Assembly (NCBI RefSeq): GCF_000400465.1
Contig: NW_008806280.1
Location: forward strand, 144,001-206,000
DNA: 62,000 nt
Direction: 5' to 3'
From: Wallemia ichthyophaga EXF-994
Taxonomy: Eukaryota; Fungi; Basidiomycota
The notes under the pieces are model-generated. The model had not been told where the DNA came from. It was given only the letters and a program-made list of their open reading frames with translations, and searched no databases. The translations under genes and the position numbers were made by a program. Below are positions 35,629 to 46,423 of the stretch, piece after piece. Positions within the stretch are counted from its first letter, which is position 1; the number at the start of each line of letters is the position of its first letter.

Positions 35629-37073
35629 CACCGTTTCTATCAAGGAGTATATTAGTCGAGAGTTATTCCTCACGCTGATAAACTACACGCGAATATACTC
35701 TTTATCTGTCTCAAATATCCTTGTGATAGTGTTCTGCAACCTTCTACACTCGCATGGCCAATTGTGGCATGACGCAGGGTATGTGTATCGATTATAGGGC
35801 AAGCCCTGAGTTACAAAAGCCATTGAAAACCATTGCCTCCTCAAAACATCTTTATGATTGCTTGGATCTTTAGATGTCCATCACATTACGATACTATTCC
35901 TTGAGATGCTAGGATTAATCTCAGCGACCGTTTTATAGGGTTTTGTCAGCCCAGCTGTTTTGTCGTGGCTTTAAACCTAAGCACAGCAAACGCTCCCAAA
36001 CTTGTGTGTTGCACAAATAATAAATCAACACTGATTCACAGTACTCACTACTATACTCTTTTTGAGGCCATGGTAAAGAAGCAAATGTGTTGAATGGAGC
36101 GTGTTTATTTGACTGGAAAATTTTCAAGTTTCACCATGACCGTTCCACGTGGTCCACATGTTTGTGTCACCAAACATACATACTATCTTCAGCTCTGCAG
36201 CTCTAACTAATTTTCAATTACTCTTTCAACCCCATTATTTTAAACTTTGAAATGCACCTTGTCTACCCAAACCCCCGATTTCACAGTTTTGATGACCCCC
36301 ACTTCTCTATAGCTAGTTCTCTTCTTCAAATTATAAAGTGAGGCGAAATCGCAATAACAGTTCCCTTGTGCCATGTTCGAGTCCTGTAGACGCCACGCAT
36401 GTAAACCGTTTGTCGCAGATATTGAGCCGAATAACTGATATTTTTAGGTATTTGTAGTATCCAAAATGCATAATGCTTTGGATTCATCTATTAAGCGCGT
36501 TAAATCCTCTGTATCTATCATACAGGTGCTTCAGAGTGATTTCGGACCATTGCTTCCGACCAGCGTGTAGGGCGCAAGTCGGAGCTCCAGGGATCTAACT
36601 CTGACAAAATCATACTCATCTAATCCAGAGCAACCAAGGAACCTCTTTTATTTGGAGATCGTCAAAAGTCGTAAATCACCATCTAAGATGGTGGATATTG
36701 AGCGTAGGGTTGAGATGAGGACTTACTTGAAATGCTGAAATTGTCATACTAATGATGGTCTTGCTAGACTGTTCAAATTGGCAATAAATGGTATCCTTGC
36801 GTTCACCTTCTCACTTTATTGGCTATTTGTAGGTTGAGCTGAGCATATTCAATGAAATGGATAGAGCTGCACTATCTATAAAATTCTAAAGAGCTGTAGC
36901 ACACATTCAAACCCGTCTGCTATCCTTTGAAATCGGTGATTTAAGTCGCAGATAAAGTATTTCCGCATCACAAAGAGGGCAGAGTTGTTGAAATGAGTTC
37001 ATACATTTGAAGATAACTCGTTAAAGCAAATAAACATGAGACATTAAAAAACTGGTTAGACAGTACATGTAAG

Positions 37074-38725
37074 TCACACATATCTTCTCCCTTCTTGCAG
37101 CTTGCTAATGATGGTGGGATGTTCATATTTCCAATATGATCCATCTGGGTAAGTATATTTTTCGATCGATTCCTGATGCATTTCGATGCTATTGTGGGAA
37201 TGTGAGACTAGCAATGGGAATCCAAAACAACCCACCTATATCCACAACTTTTGTCCAGAGGTGCATTATATCTGCCATGTGAATTGACGCTTACCGGATA
37301 CTTGAAGTGTTCGTGTAGATGGTCGACCCACTCGACAACGTTGCGATCGAATGTGGGTGCTATGGAAATGAAATCGATCATGGACAAGTGAACAACGTAT
37401 TCACACAACCCGACACCACCAGCATGAGGACATACTTGAGAGTATTGAGTGTTAGTGAAGTGCGAGATTGAGGCTGAAACGATTTTGCCTACCTGGTACA
37501 CCGAACTTGGCAGCCAACAGCATCACTGCTAGGCATTCATTAACTCCAGCGAGACGACATGCATCTATTTGGAGAACATCTATAGCTCCTGCTTGAAGAA
37601 GCTGCTTGAATAGAACCCTGTTTGCGCAGTGTTCTCCAGTAGCTACTCCGATTCCGATATCTTTCAACCCTTTGCGTATTCTAGCATGACCCAAGACATC
37701 ATCAGGCATTGTGGGTTCTTCAATGAACCATGGTTTACATTGCTCGAGTTTCTTGACGTACGCTATAGCCTCTTCGACATCCCAAACTTGGTTTGCATCA
37801 ATCATTAAGACGTTGCCTGTGAATCAACGTGAGCAGGATAGACCAATTGCTTCTCAACTCACCAGTGGGACCTGCATTCTTCCCTTCAATAGTCTTAGCG
37901 TGTACCCGCTTATCCTTGTTCTGATACTGAGGATCGTCGATGATATCTCTGATCACCTTGGCTCGAGCCAAGTCATCATCCACTGAAACGCCGACTTTAA
38001 GTTTAAAATGGTTGAAGCCAAGATCGAGTGCCTCTTTTGTGAGTCTCTGAACCTTGTCGGTGGTGTAACCCATCCAACCGACACTAGTAGAATAAGCTCT
38101 TAAACCTTCTTGTAAAGCTCTTTTCTCGCGCTCAGTTTTGGTTGACTGCCTCTCGTGCAGCATTTGGACAGCTTCTTCAGGTGTAAGAGCATCGCTGAGG
38201 TATTTGAGAGAGCTACACTTGACAATCTCTTCAGGAGTCATGTCAACGATAAGCTTCCACAGAGGCTTATTGCGAGATCTAGCGTACATATCCCAAACAG
38301 CATTGGCTACAGCCCCAGTCGCAAGATGAATAACACCCTTTTCTGGACCAATCCATCGAAGTTGACTGTCTGAGGTCAGAAGCTCCCACATAGCACCCAT
38401 GTCAGAGAAAAGGCTCTCTATAGGCATACCGACGAGCTTATCTGAGAGCTGTTTGATAGCTTCGATGACTATATCGTTTCCTTTACCGATAGTGAAAGTC
38501 ATTCCAAATCCTTTGAGGGTATCAGAGGCAGCAGCATTAGAATCAGCATTGGGAGTAGTATTGAGGATGACATAAGCAGCAGAGTAATTGCAATCAGTGT
38601 TCATTGCGTCAGTGCCATCGCTGAGACGCGGTTGAGATAAGAGGGAGATGTGTAGGAACAACGCACCCAGAGAGAGAGGTGGGAAAGCGAATATCGTGAG
38701 TAGAATAGCCAGTAATAATAGACAT
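37074..38725 (-). CDS. ENOSF1: ENOSF1/L-fuconate (L-galactonate) dehydratase, mandelate racemase family
   Basis: [53 protein letters not shown] and [13 protein letters not shown] final exon ([19 protein letters not shown]...RYV*) follows a GTGGGT..TAG intron. Confidence 0.9.
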
Positions 38726-39057
38726 GCTTGTGATAATGATGGTTGAGGTTCCTGTCGATTGCGCTTAAATAGGCGGTGCTTCGTGGCATCATTCGACCGA
38801 GAGATAATCGGGGTTGATTAAGGGCTGAATTGAATTATAATCTTGATTTTGCGAACGATAGGATTTAATTTGATATTTAATAGCAGATGATATCTGCTGG
38901 AGTCGGTTGAATGATGGGACGAAGAGGTAGCAGCCAGTAAGGAGTAATCTATGACATTGAAATGACGCAGTACTACTCAATGAGCACGATAAGAATTTGA
39001 ATAATCGTACGACATCGTTGCTCTCTTGAACATAACACATCACAGTGAATTAGAATT

Positions 39058-39902
39058 ATGAAATTTATTTTGGTAGCTATAGCCGCGTTAATCGCTAATA
39101 CCGTGGCTACTATCGACTTAGTCAAAACACGTATCCACGGTGTGGATGAATTGGGTTCGGATGTCCATCACTCGTCTTTTGGCAGCAGCGTGCAGTTGGA
39201 GCGAGACGCGAATGTGCAATACACCTTCTACACAGCTGCAGATGGAGACACAGTCACACCACACAAATCCATCATCAGCTTCATCGATTACGCAACTGGG
39301 CAGTACTGGGAAGACGTCGTTAGTATTCGAGATTCTGATGGCAGGGGTAGATACACGTTGAGAACAGTCAAATTCCCACTCAAAGCGAGCAACTGTCTTG
39401 TTAGGTTGTTCGTCGCAGCCAATGGCGAAAGCAGCGCATTTGATATTGGCACGCTTTCTTTTTCTGAAGACGCAGCAGCGGAAACAACAACCGAAAGCAA
39501 GACACCAGAAAAATCTATCCTTGCACCACTCCCTGAGATAACACACACATTCAAAACTGAACCAAAACATACACCTCTAGCTATCAGTGGGTTGGCTGCT
39601 ATATTCATCAATGGATTACCTTTGCTTGTGCTTCTAGGAGCTGTAAGTTAAGCGTGTGATGTTTAATCTCAACTAACGTAACACCCCCTCAGATATCATA
39701 CATCCCGCTCAACCTCAGACAATCTCACAGCAATCTCGCTTTCATTGGCACTATAATAGCCTTTGAAGGTCTCCTGCTTACATACTGGGTCAAGCTGACA
39801 CTATTTCAATTCATACCATTCGCTGTGCTCAACGGTCTTGCTCTCTTCGTATCGGGAAATCGAGCTTTAAGAGTATTAAAGAAGAGGCGCGAGGTAGCGT
39901 AA
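39058..39902 (+). CDS. SWP1: Oligosaccharyltransferase delta subunit (ribophorin II)
   Basis: Signal peptide, LAPLPEITHTFKTEPKHTP, three C-terminal TM segments and GNRALRVLKKRR. One intron near 39643-39691. Confidence 0.85.
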
Positions 39903-39958
39903 AACATTTGTATTTCATTTACTCAAAATGCATTGATACTCTTCTCACCGCACTTTCA

Positions 39959-40762
39959 ATGTCCACTTGGAGAACAATCGCAGCGCTGCCGGAGCATCTG
40001 CAGCCAGTCGGCAGTGAAACTATAGACAGACTGCGATTCATGCATCTCATCGAATATGCCAAAACACAAAAGAGAACTGGCTGGCTGAGAAGTGGCGTGA
40101 ATGGTGCAGAGAGTATCAGCGACCATATGTGGAGAATGTCGATAATGAGTTTGGTGTGTGCTGACGAACGCATCGATCACATCAAGTAGGCTGCTATCAT
40201 TACACTTAGGCCATTTCTAATGCCCCCTTAGAGCTTCGCAGATGGCCATAGTCCACGATATAGCTGAATGCATGTGAGGATGGCCTGATTAGCAAAAAAT
40301 ATTGGCCTCGCTTACTCTTCCTCTTTATAGTGTCGGTGACATAGCCCCTTCTGATAACATAACAAAACCAGTGAAGAATAATCTTGAAAGGGTGCGTTAC
40401 ATTTACGTCGTGCCATAATCTCACCAGCCTCATAGCAAGCTATGAATGACATAGTGCATAAATATCTCCATGGAAGTTATCAGGCGAGATACTTGATGGC
40501 TATTTGGGAGGTGAGTGTTCAAAACACTCATTGCGTCATTCACATTACGCAGGAATACGAGCAGCAGTCTTCCGCTGAATCCACCTTTGTCAAAGATCTC
40601 GACAGACTTGAAATGTGTCTGCAGGCATTCGAATACGAAAGGATACAAAACATCAATCTAAACGGTTTTTATACATCACTAGAAAGCATTAAAAACGATC
40701 AAGTAAGAATATATGCGGAGCTGCTGATCCAAGAAAGGAAACATTTGTTCAATATTACTTGA
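39959..40762 (+). CDS. HDDC2: HD-domain 5'-deoxynucleotidase (HDDC2/YGK1-like)
   Basis: KTQKRTGW, AESISDHMWRM, spliced MAIVHDIAECIVGDI and FVKDLDRLEMCLQAFEYE. Four introns. Confidence 0.88.
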
Positions 40763-40768
40763 TAGCAT

Positions 40769-43720
40769 CTACTTATCATTCCCGTCGACTTGATTGGCGT
40801 CATCGATTGCCTCCTCTATAATAGCCCCAGCTTCCCGTGTGGCTAACCATGCCTCTTCTGTCTTTGTGAGATTTTCTGCAGCTGCTACACCCTTTAATAT
40901 ACTAAGTTCACGTTTCTTGTGTTCTGTGCGACGAAGTTGACGGAGCATAAAGTCCTTGATGGAGATGAGTGGTGTGTCATTGGGAATTCTCGGTAGAGTC
41001 TGCTACTGTTAGCTCAACAAGTGCCGTCAATATTCAGCCTACCTCTAAGAAATTGAGATGCAAAGCTTGTGATCCTAGTAATGATGCTATCTCAGCAGAA
41101 AACACATCTCCATCAGCCATATAAACGTCCAATAAGATCCGCAAGAGGTGGCTTCGTAAAGGCGGCGCCACTGCCACCATTGAAGTGCGTGCCAGAGCAA
41201 CGAGCCAACAGTTGGAGAGGTGCGAATTGTCTATGCACTTTCTCGCCAAGCTACCGCTCAATATATAACCAGGAAAGGCGCAATAATGCTGCGATGTAAA
41301 TGTGTCTCTCAAGTTCCTTGCTAGTATATTTAAAGCTGCACTATGTTGCTCGAGCTGTGAATGGGCGTTAGCATGAGGTTGTCACACTTGCATGCTAAAC
41401 ACTTACCTTTCCAAGAATTACAGCCTTCTCGAATAACAACGTGCTCTCAGTGAAAGGGTGTAAAGCTGTTTCAATAGAATTCCAGTCAAGGTCGCTGGCC
41501 ATCTGTAAAAAAAGGAGTAATTTGAGACGAGAGATGATAGCATTCTTGGTCATTGGAGAGATTTCAGTGGTATCCAAAACTGCTGTGACATATTGAGCGT
41601 ATGACTGATCGTGCTTCTGCAACTTGTACTCCTCAATCAATCTCCACATATCCCCACTTATGTTACTGTCCTTCAATGCTTCGACGACATTCCCAATGAG
41701 CATGTCAAGAAGAGCCTGTCGCATTCCCGTATCTTCTCTGTTGCGCGCCAAGACGAGAATCTCAAGGTACTCCTGCTCAGCCACCTTGTCAGTCCGCCCA
41801 AGGGCTTCAAGTAATATTCCTTCGTCGATCGAAGTTCGCGGATGAGACGACAGCACTTGCAGACCAGCATTCCTGTCATACAAAATGAGCCATAAGCCGT
41901 ACTCAAGTAATAGATCCGCCTCTTCGACTCTGTTCAACAGCCGTATGATATCCCTAAGTGGATCAACCACGTCCTTATCAACGATTGTTTGTTCAATAAA
42001 TCTTTTGTGTATTTTGATAGCCTCTTTGATGTCTCCATGAGATTCATAGAGGCGGGATAGTGCAGCGTATCTGCCATATCTGGTGAACCAAGGCTCAGCA
42101 ATGGGTAGCAAGATGTTGTTGGAATTGTTTATAAACACGTTCAAAGCATTCCTATCTTTATCCGACCTCTCAGCAAATATAATAGCCAAGCACGTATCTA
42201 AAATCATGTCTGTATATGACTCTGATTCATGATAAGTCGCCTGCCTTGCTCGCCTCCTCCGTCTATGCTCCTTGCTGAGACATTCAAGTAGCATGCTTCT
42301 TGCATTTTCCATCAATGAGTCGTAAAGTTGTCGAACTGGCTCGTCGCTCTCAACGTTTAAATACGGCGAGTAGTTTTTTTCAAGATTGCCAACGATAAGG
42401 TCTTTTATTGTACGAGGTATATTTTCAATAAGATTGGCAATCCCCAAAGGAATCTTGACAAACTCATCCGGGTCGAATAAACCAGCGGTGAGGTCAGGAA
42501 ACCAGCTGAGGATGAGGCGAATGTCACATTGGGATTTAGAGAATAGAGCAGAGGCATCACTGAAGGATGTCGATCTAAATAGCTGGAGGGCTGCGTAAAG
42601 GTGAATGTAGTAACTTTCGAGTGAATCTGTAGGCAGACTGTTGGCGAGAGATAACGCCTGCTGTCTGGCGTTGTCGTTCTCCATATCCAGGAGGTATATT
42701 GATTGGTCGAAGATTGAGGGAGGAATGAAAGCGTGTATGCTGCCAGTGTCAGTTGCCAAGATGACTTGGGTCGATTCAAGCTGGGAAGAGGAGTTTGAAG
42801 GGCGGTTTGAAGCGTTTGAGTAGTCTACAGAGGTATTCAACAAAGGAAAAGAAACAAAGTGTAGCTGATTGGGTATTGATTGAGGAATGCTTAGACCGAG
42901 TGGAGTGGATTGGAGGAACATGGGATGTAAATGAGATAGGGATAGAGAATGAATAAGAGAATGTGTAATTGTGGAGTGGATCTGCAGAGTGTTGTTGCTC
43001 AGAAGGGTGAATAAGTGAGGGGATTGGTGCACAATGGATTTTATGGTTGAAGGGAATTGAAGAGGGCCGTGTTTGGGTTCACCAGAGTACGAGTCGATGA
43101 AGACACCAACAGCACCCAAATCGTTATGCGTAATCATTAAAAACTCGTCAGCGTCATCGATAGAGGTGATGGACGGAGAGCCTTCAAAGGGCAATAAGGG
43201 GAGGAGTACGGAGTTAGTGAGGTTGAGGAGGCTATACGTGTTTGCAGTATCAGCCAAGCAAATGACGTCATTGTTTATAGCTGAGTCTAAGTGAAGAGAA
43301 GGCAAAGGTAGTTCGTTGATGACGGTGAGTCTTGGACTGAGTTTGAGACGACCGATGCTGGACTGTCTGATGACTACGATTGAGTTGCTAGATTGAAGGA
43401 GTTTAATAACGTTTCTGATATTTGATTTCTGTGGGTTGTAGCCGTTCAAGTGGTATAAGACACCATCTGTATCGAGCATAACGAGCGAATTGTTGAATTG
43501 TAGAATCTGTTTAGGCGTAAAATCGAGGTTGATGTTATTGTACGTGTTATGCCTATAAGACTGGAATTGAAGCTGATTGGTCGATCCAACAATCAGCGAA
43601 TCATCTGCAAGCTGGGTCAGGGATGCAGAGGATGTAGCAATAGAACCGACTAAAATGGTACAAGATATTTATTGGTTTCGTTGTGTTTGTGAAATTATTC
43701 AGCTTGAATGGCTTGAGCAT
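40769..43720 (-). CDS. Vps3/TGFBRAP1/Vps39-like CNH + clathrin-repeat protein (5' end uncertain)
   Basis: Beta-propeller-like region (GAVGVFID..GEPKHGPLQF), helical repeats, LARNLRD..TSQHYC and C-terminal GAIIEE. Start is either 43479 or 43720 with a frameshift. Confidence 0.78.
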
Positions 43721-43761
43721 CTGATGGTCGTTGGTTGTTAAGCCATACGCTATATTGCTGC

Positions 43762-44118
43762 CTATGTAACGCTTGAATTACATCTTGGTGCTTTATAGAC
43801 TCTCTAAACTTAGGTTCCATCAGTAAATCCAAGTTGTGTAAGCAGTGCGGGTATGTTATGAATTTGATGTATTCGGGACTATTTATAAAGATCAGCTGGT
43901 TTATCTAAAACACCTTAAATTACCCACTCCCTCCAATAATTCAGGTACTTAATATATTTTATAAACTCCGGCTTATCAAAGTACCCTTGCTGGGCTAATG
44001 CGTGGAGATAGAATGGATGGGCCAGTGACTGCACAAACTCAAGCTCAATCTCAAATTTATTTCTATTTTCTGTTTTCTGTTTGTCTTGTGTATCATGTGT
44101 CTCTTTCTCCCCTTCCAT
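43762..44118 (-). CDS. SOH1: Mediator subunit 31
   Basis: [42 protein letters not shown]|[19 protein letters not shown]. Confidence 0.94.
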
Positions 44119-44172
44119 TTGTTGTTCCCCAGTGATGGTGATGGTTCAATCAATACATGTACGTTTACATCT

Positions 44173-46304
44173 TTATTCTTCTCCCTCTGCTTCCAAATCT
44201 AGTCCTACCAACTTGGGCGATGGCGGGAGTGGTTTACTCCACCTCTCCTCACTCGATACCTTGGGTGTTTCTCCTTCCGTCATCCCGAGCATCTCCTCCA
44301 GCTCTTTCTGTGCTTGATCCCACCTTCTCAACGAATCTTCTACAGGCGACCTCTCCTGTACAACTGTCTCTTGTGTTTTGTCATCACTCGACCTTCCTTC
44401 CCTCTCCTCGTTGTACTCTCCCCCTTTCACCTCTTTCTCATTTTGCTCCAAATCCACTTCCGTCTCTACCCGCCTCAATCCCTCTACCCCATTTGATTCT
44501 CCACTGTCTTCATCTTCATCCGATGAGCTAACGTCATCTACGTTGTACCCAAACGCAAGACTTGATCCCCTTGGTGCGATTATTGGTGCAGTTCTCTCGG
44601 GCTGTTTTTCTGATAACTGTGTATTTACCGTCGGTGTAATACCTGTGCTAACATATCCAACCGTCTCTGTCGGTGAGCGCAGCGTATCCAGCCACTCATC
44701 TTCACTGTCCTTTTGTGTAGCCTCTCGCCCAAGCGCTGCTTCATACATCCCGCTCCCTCCGTCGTCGAGATGATCATCTGTGCTTGAAGCATTCGCATTA
44801 GTTTTCTTCCTTATCCACCCCCTCCTATCTCGTCTCTTGTTTAATAACTTTTCTGTAAAGGGTGAGATACTCGATGTTCTTTGTGTTGATCTGAAAAGCA
44901 AACTTGTTCCTGAACTTGATGTCGATTGTTCATTTTGTACATCCCCAATATAGCTTCGACGTATTATCCTACCTAACCTCTCAACCCGGTCCTGACTTGT
45001 GTCAGATGCACGTATTGATGATACTACCAGTGACATCTGCTGCAGCCGCGGTATTGGACTAAAGGCACTTGTTTTGGGTTGCGTAGAGCTAGCCGCTATT
45101 GCTGCTGCTGTTGACGGTAGTGAATCTGGTATACTTTGGTAAGCAGACTTTAACGAACTAAGTGACTGCTTCGACTGTGGTCCCGATGTAGGTGTTACAG
45201 GTACAGCCTCATCGCATAAATCCATAAATAACCTCTCTAATTTTCCAAATAGTGGTATAATCAACTGATCTCTGAAACCCTTTATCACTGACTTGCGCAC
45301 ATTCATCACTGACGGTAATAACGCCACCTTGCTCGTTGATTCGTCGTTATACGACAGATTATGACTCGATCCATCCCCCGTTTTCGCAGAGTTTGCTGTT
45401 GATGATTTTGCTAGTGCCTGAATATGTGTATCTGTGCTATACGGTAGAAATACTCCTTCAAGAAGAGGTAAAACCTGACCGAAGAAGAATGTCCTGTTGT
45501 GAGCCCACTCAGTTGAGGTATTCTGATATGAAATTTAAGTCACCCTACCAAATTTCAACGGTACGTGTCGCAAAACGATCAGTACTCTCATCGACATGTT
45601 GAACAAGCTTGGCTCGAAGCGTAAGCATGCCAATACTGATCAGGTTGTTAAAATCAGTGGAAAGGCTTTCAATCACGCGCGATGGTTTTGAGCGAGCGAT
45701 AGTGTCTCTGATATGAATAATGACCAACGCGTTTAAATCTTCCAAAGATGTTATCTGCGTATGCGTCAATACGTCGACGTCGAGTGATAGAGAAAATGGA
45801 TTATAAAAGAACCATCAAACTCACCATGTTCTCGCCATTGAACAATGGCAGTACTTTGACGCATATCGCCTGCCAGGAATCGCCGTGGAGCTCAATGGCA
45901 CTAGCTATATCCTTACCCAAGCCGCCCTTGGCAGTGCTAGAGCTATTGCCACTACCACCAAACGCAGCGCTGTTGGAGGTTGCTGGAGCGTGCGAGAAAG
46001 AGGGTGACGTTTGATTGTACTTGCTGGAATTTCCTGGCTTTGATGACGCCAATTTGTGGAAAGTGCGATGAACTCTGGGTGAATGATGGATAGTGTGTGA
46101 GTGAGTTGAAGGATTTGGGGAACTGGGATTTGTTATTGGAGCTGAAATGCTGTTTGGATCGAGCTTCCGGCTGCTCGATGGGCTGGCAGGCGGCACATTC
46201 AGCAGCTGCGATCTCGATGGCGTTGAAGATGGAAATAGAGATGGTGAGATATTTGCAGATGAGTTTGGTATATTAAGCCGCAAATCACTCGGCTTGGTCG
46301 GCAT
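44173..46304 (-). CDS. HbrB-domain protein (TORC2 Bit61/Protor-like)
   Basis: Ser/Pro-rich N-terminus, then DSWQAICVKVLPLFNGE...RLVEIW and IKGFRDQLIIP. Multi-exon. Confidence 0.78.
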
Positions 46305-46423
46305 AGTGGCGGGGAGATGGCTGTGGTAAAGGAGGAAAGAGGACCAGCCAAGGAAATAATTATTATTTACAATTTTGGTATTCTACGCTCAAATCCTTTT
46401 TATCTTCTTGATCCACTCCATCG

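Noticed and set aside
35754-36093. Cys-containing short frames in the gap (39 codons from ATG 35754; 51 codons from 35939)
   Set aside because: Lengths are compatible with chance, and joining them needs a 159-nt intron, atypical here.
35715-36799. ATATCCTT (35715) and GTATCCTT (36791) resembling U12-type 5' splice sites
   Set aside because: No TCCTTAAC branch site. The same 8-mer occurs inside the CK1 coding sequence, and a couple of hits are expected by chance.
37135-37160. Minus-strand ATACTTACC...GATCA resembling the U1 snRNA 5' end, and plus-strand GTAAGT donors at 37069 and 37149
   Set aside because: It lies in the last coding exon of the ENOSF1-like gene (KYTYPDGSY). The spacing to GATCA is too short and there is no U1A loop or Sm site.
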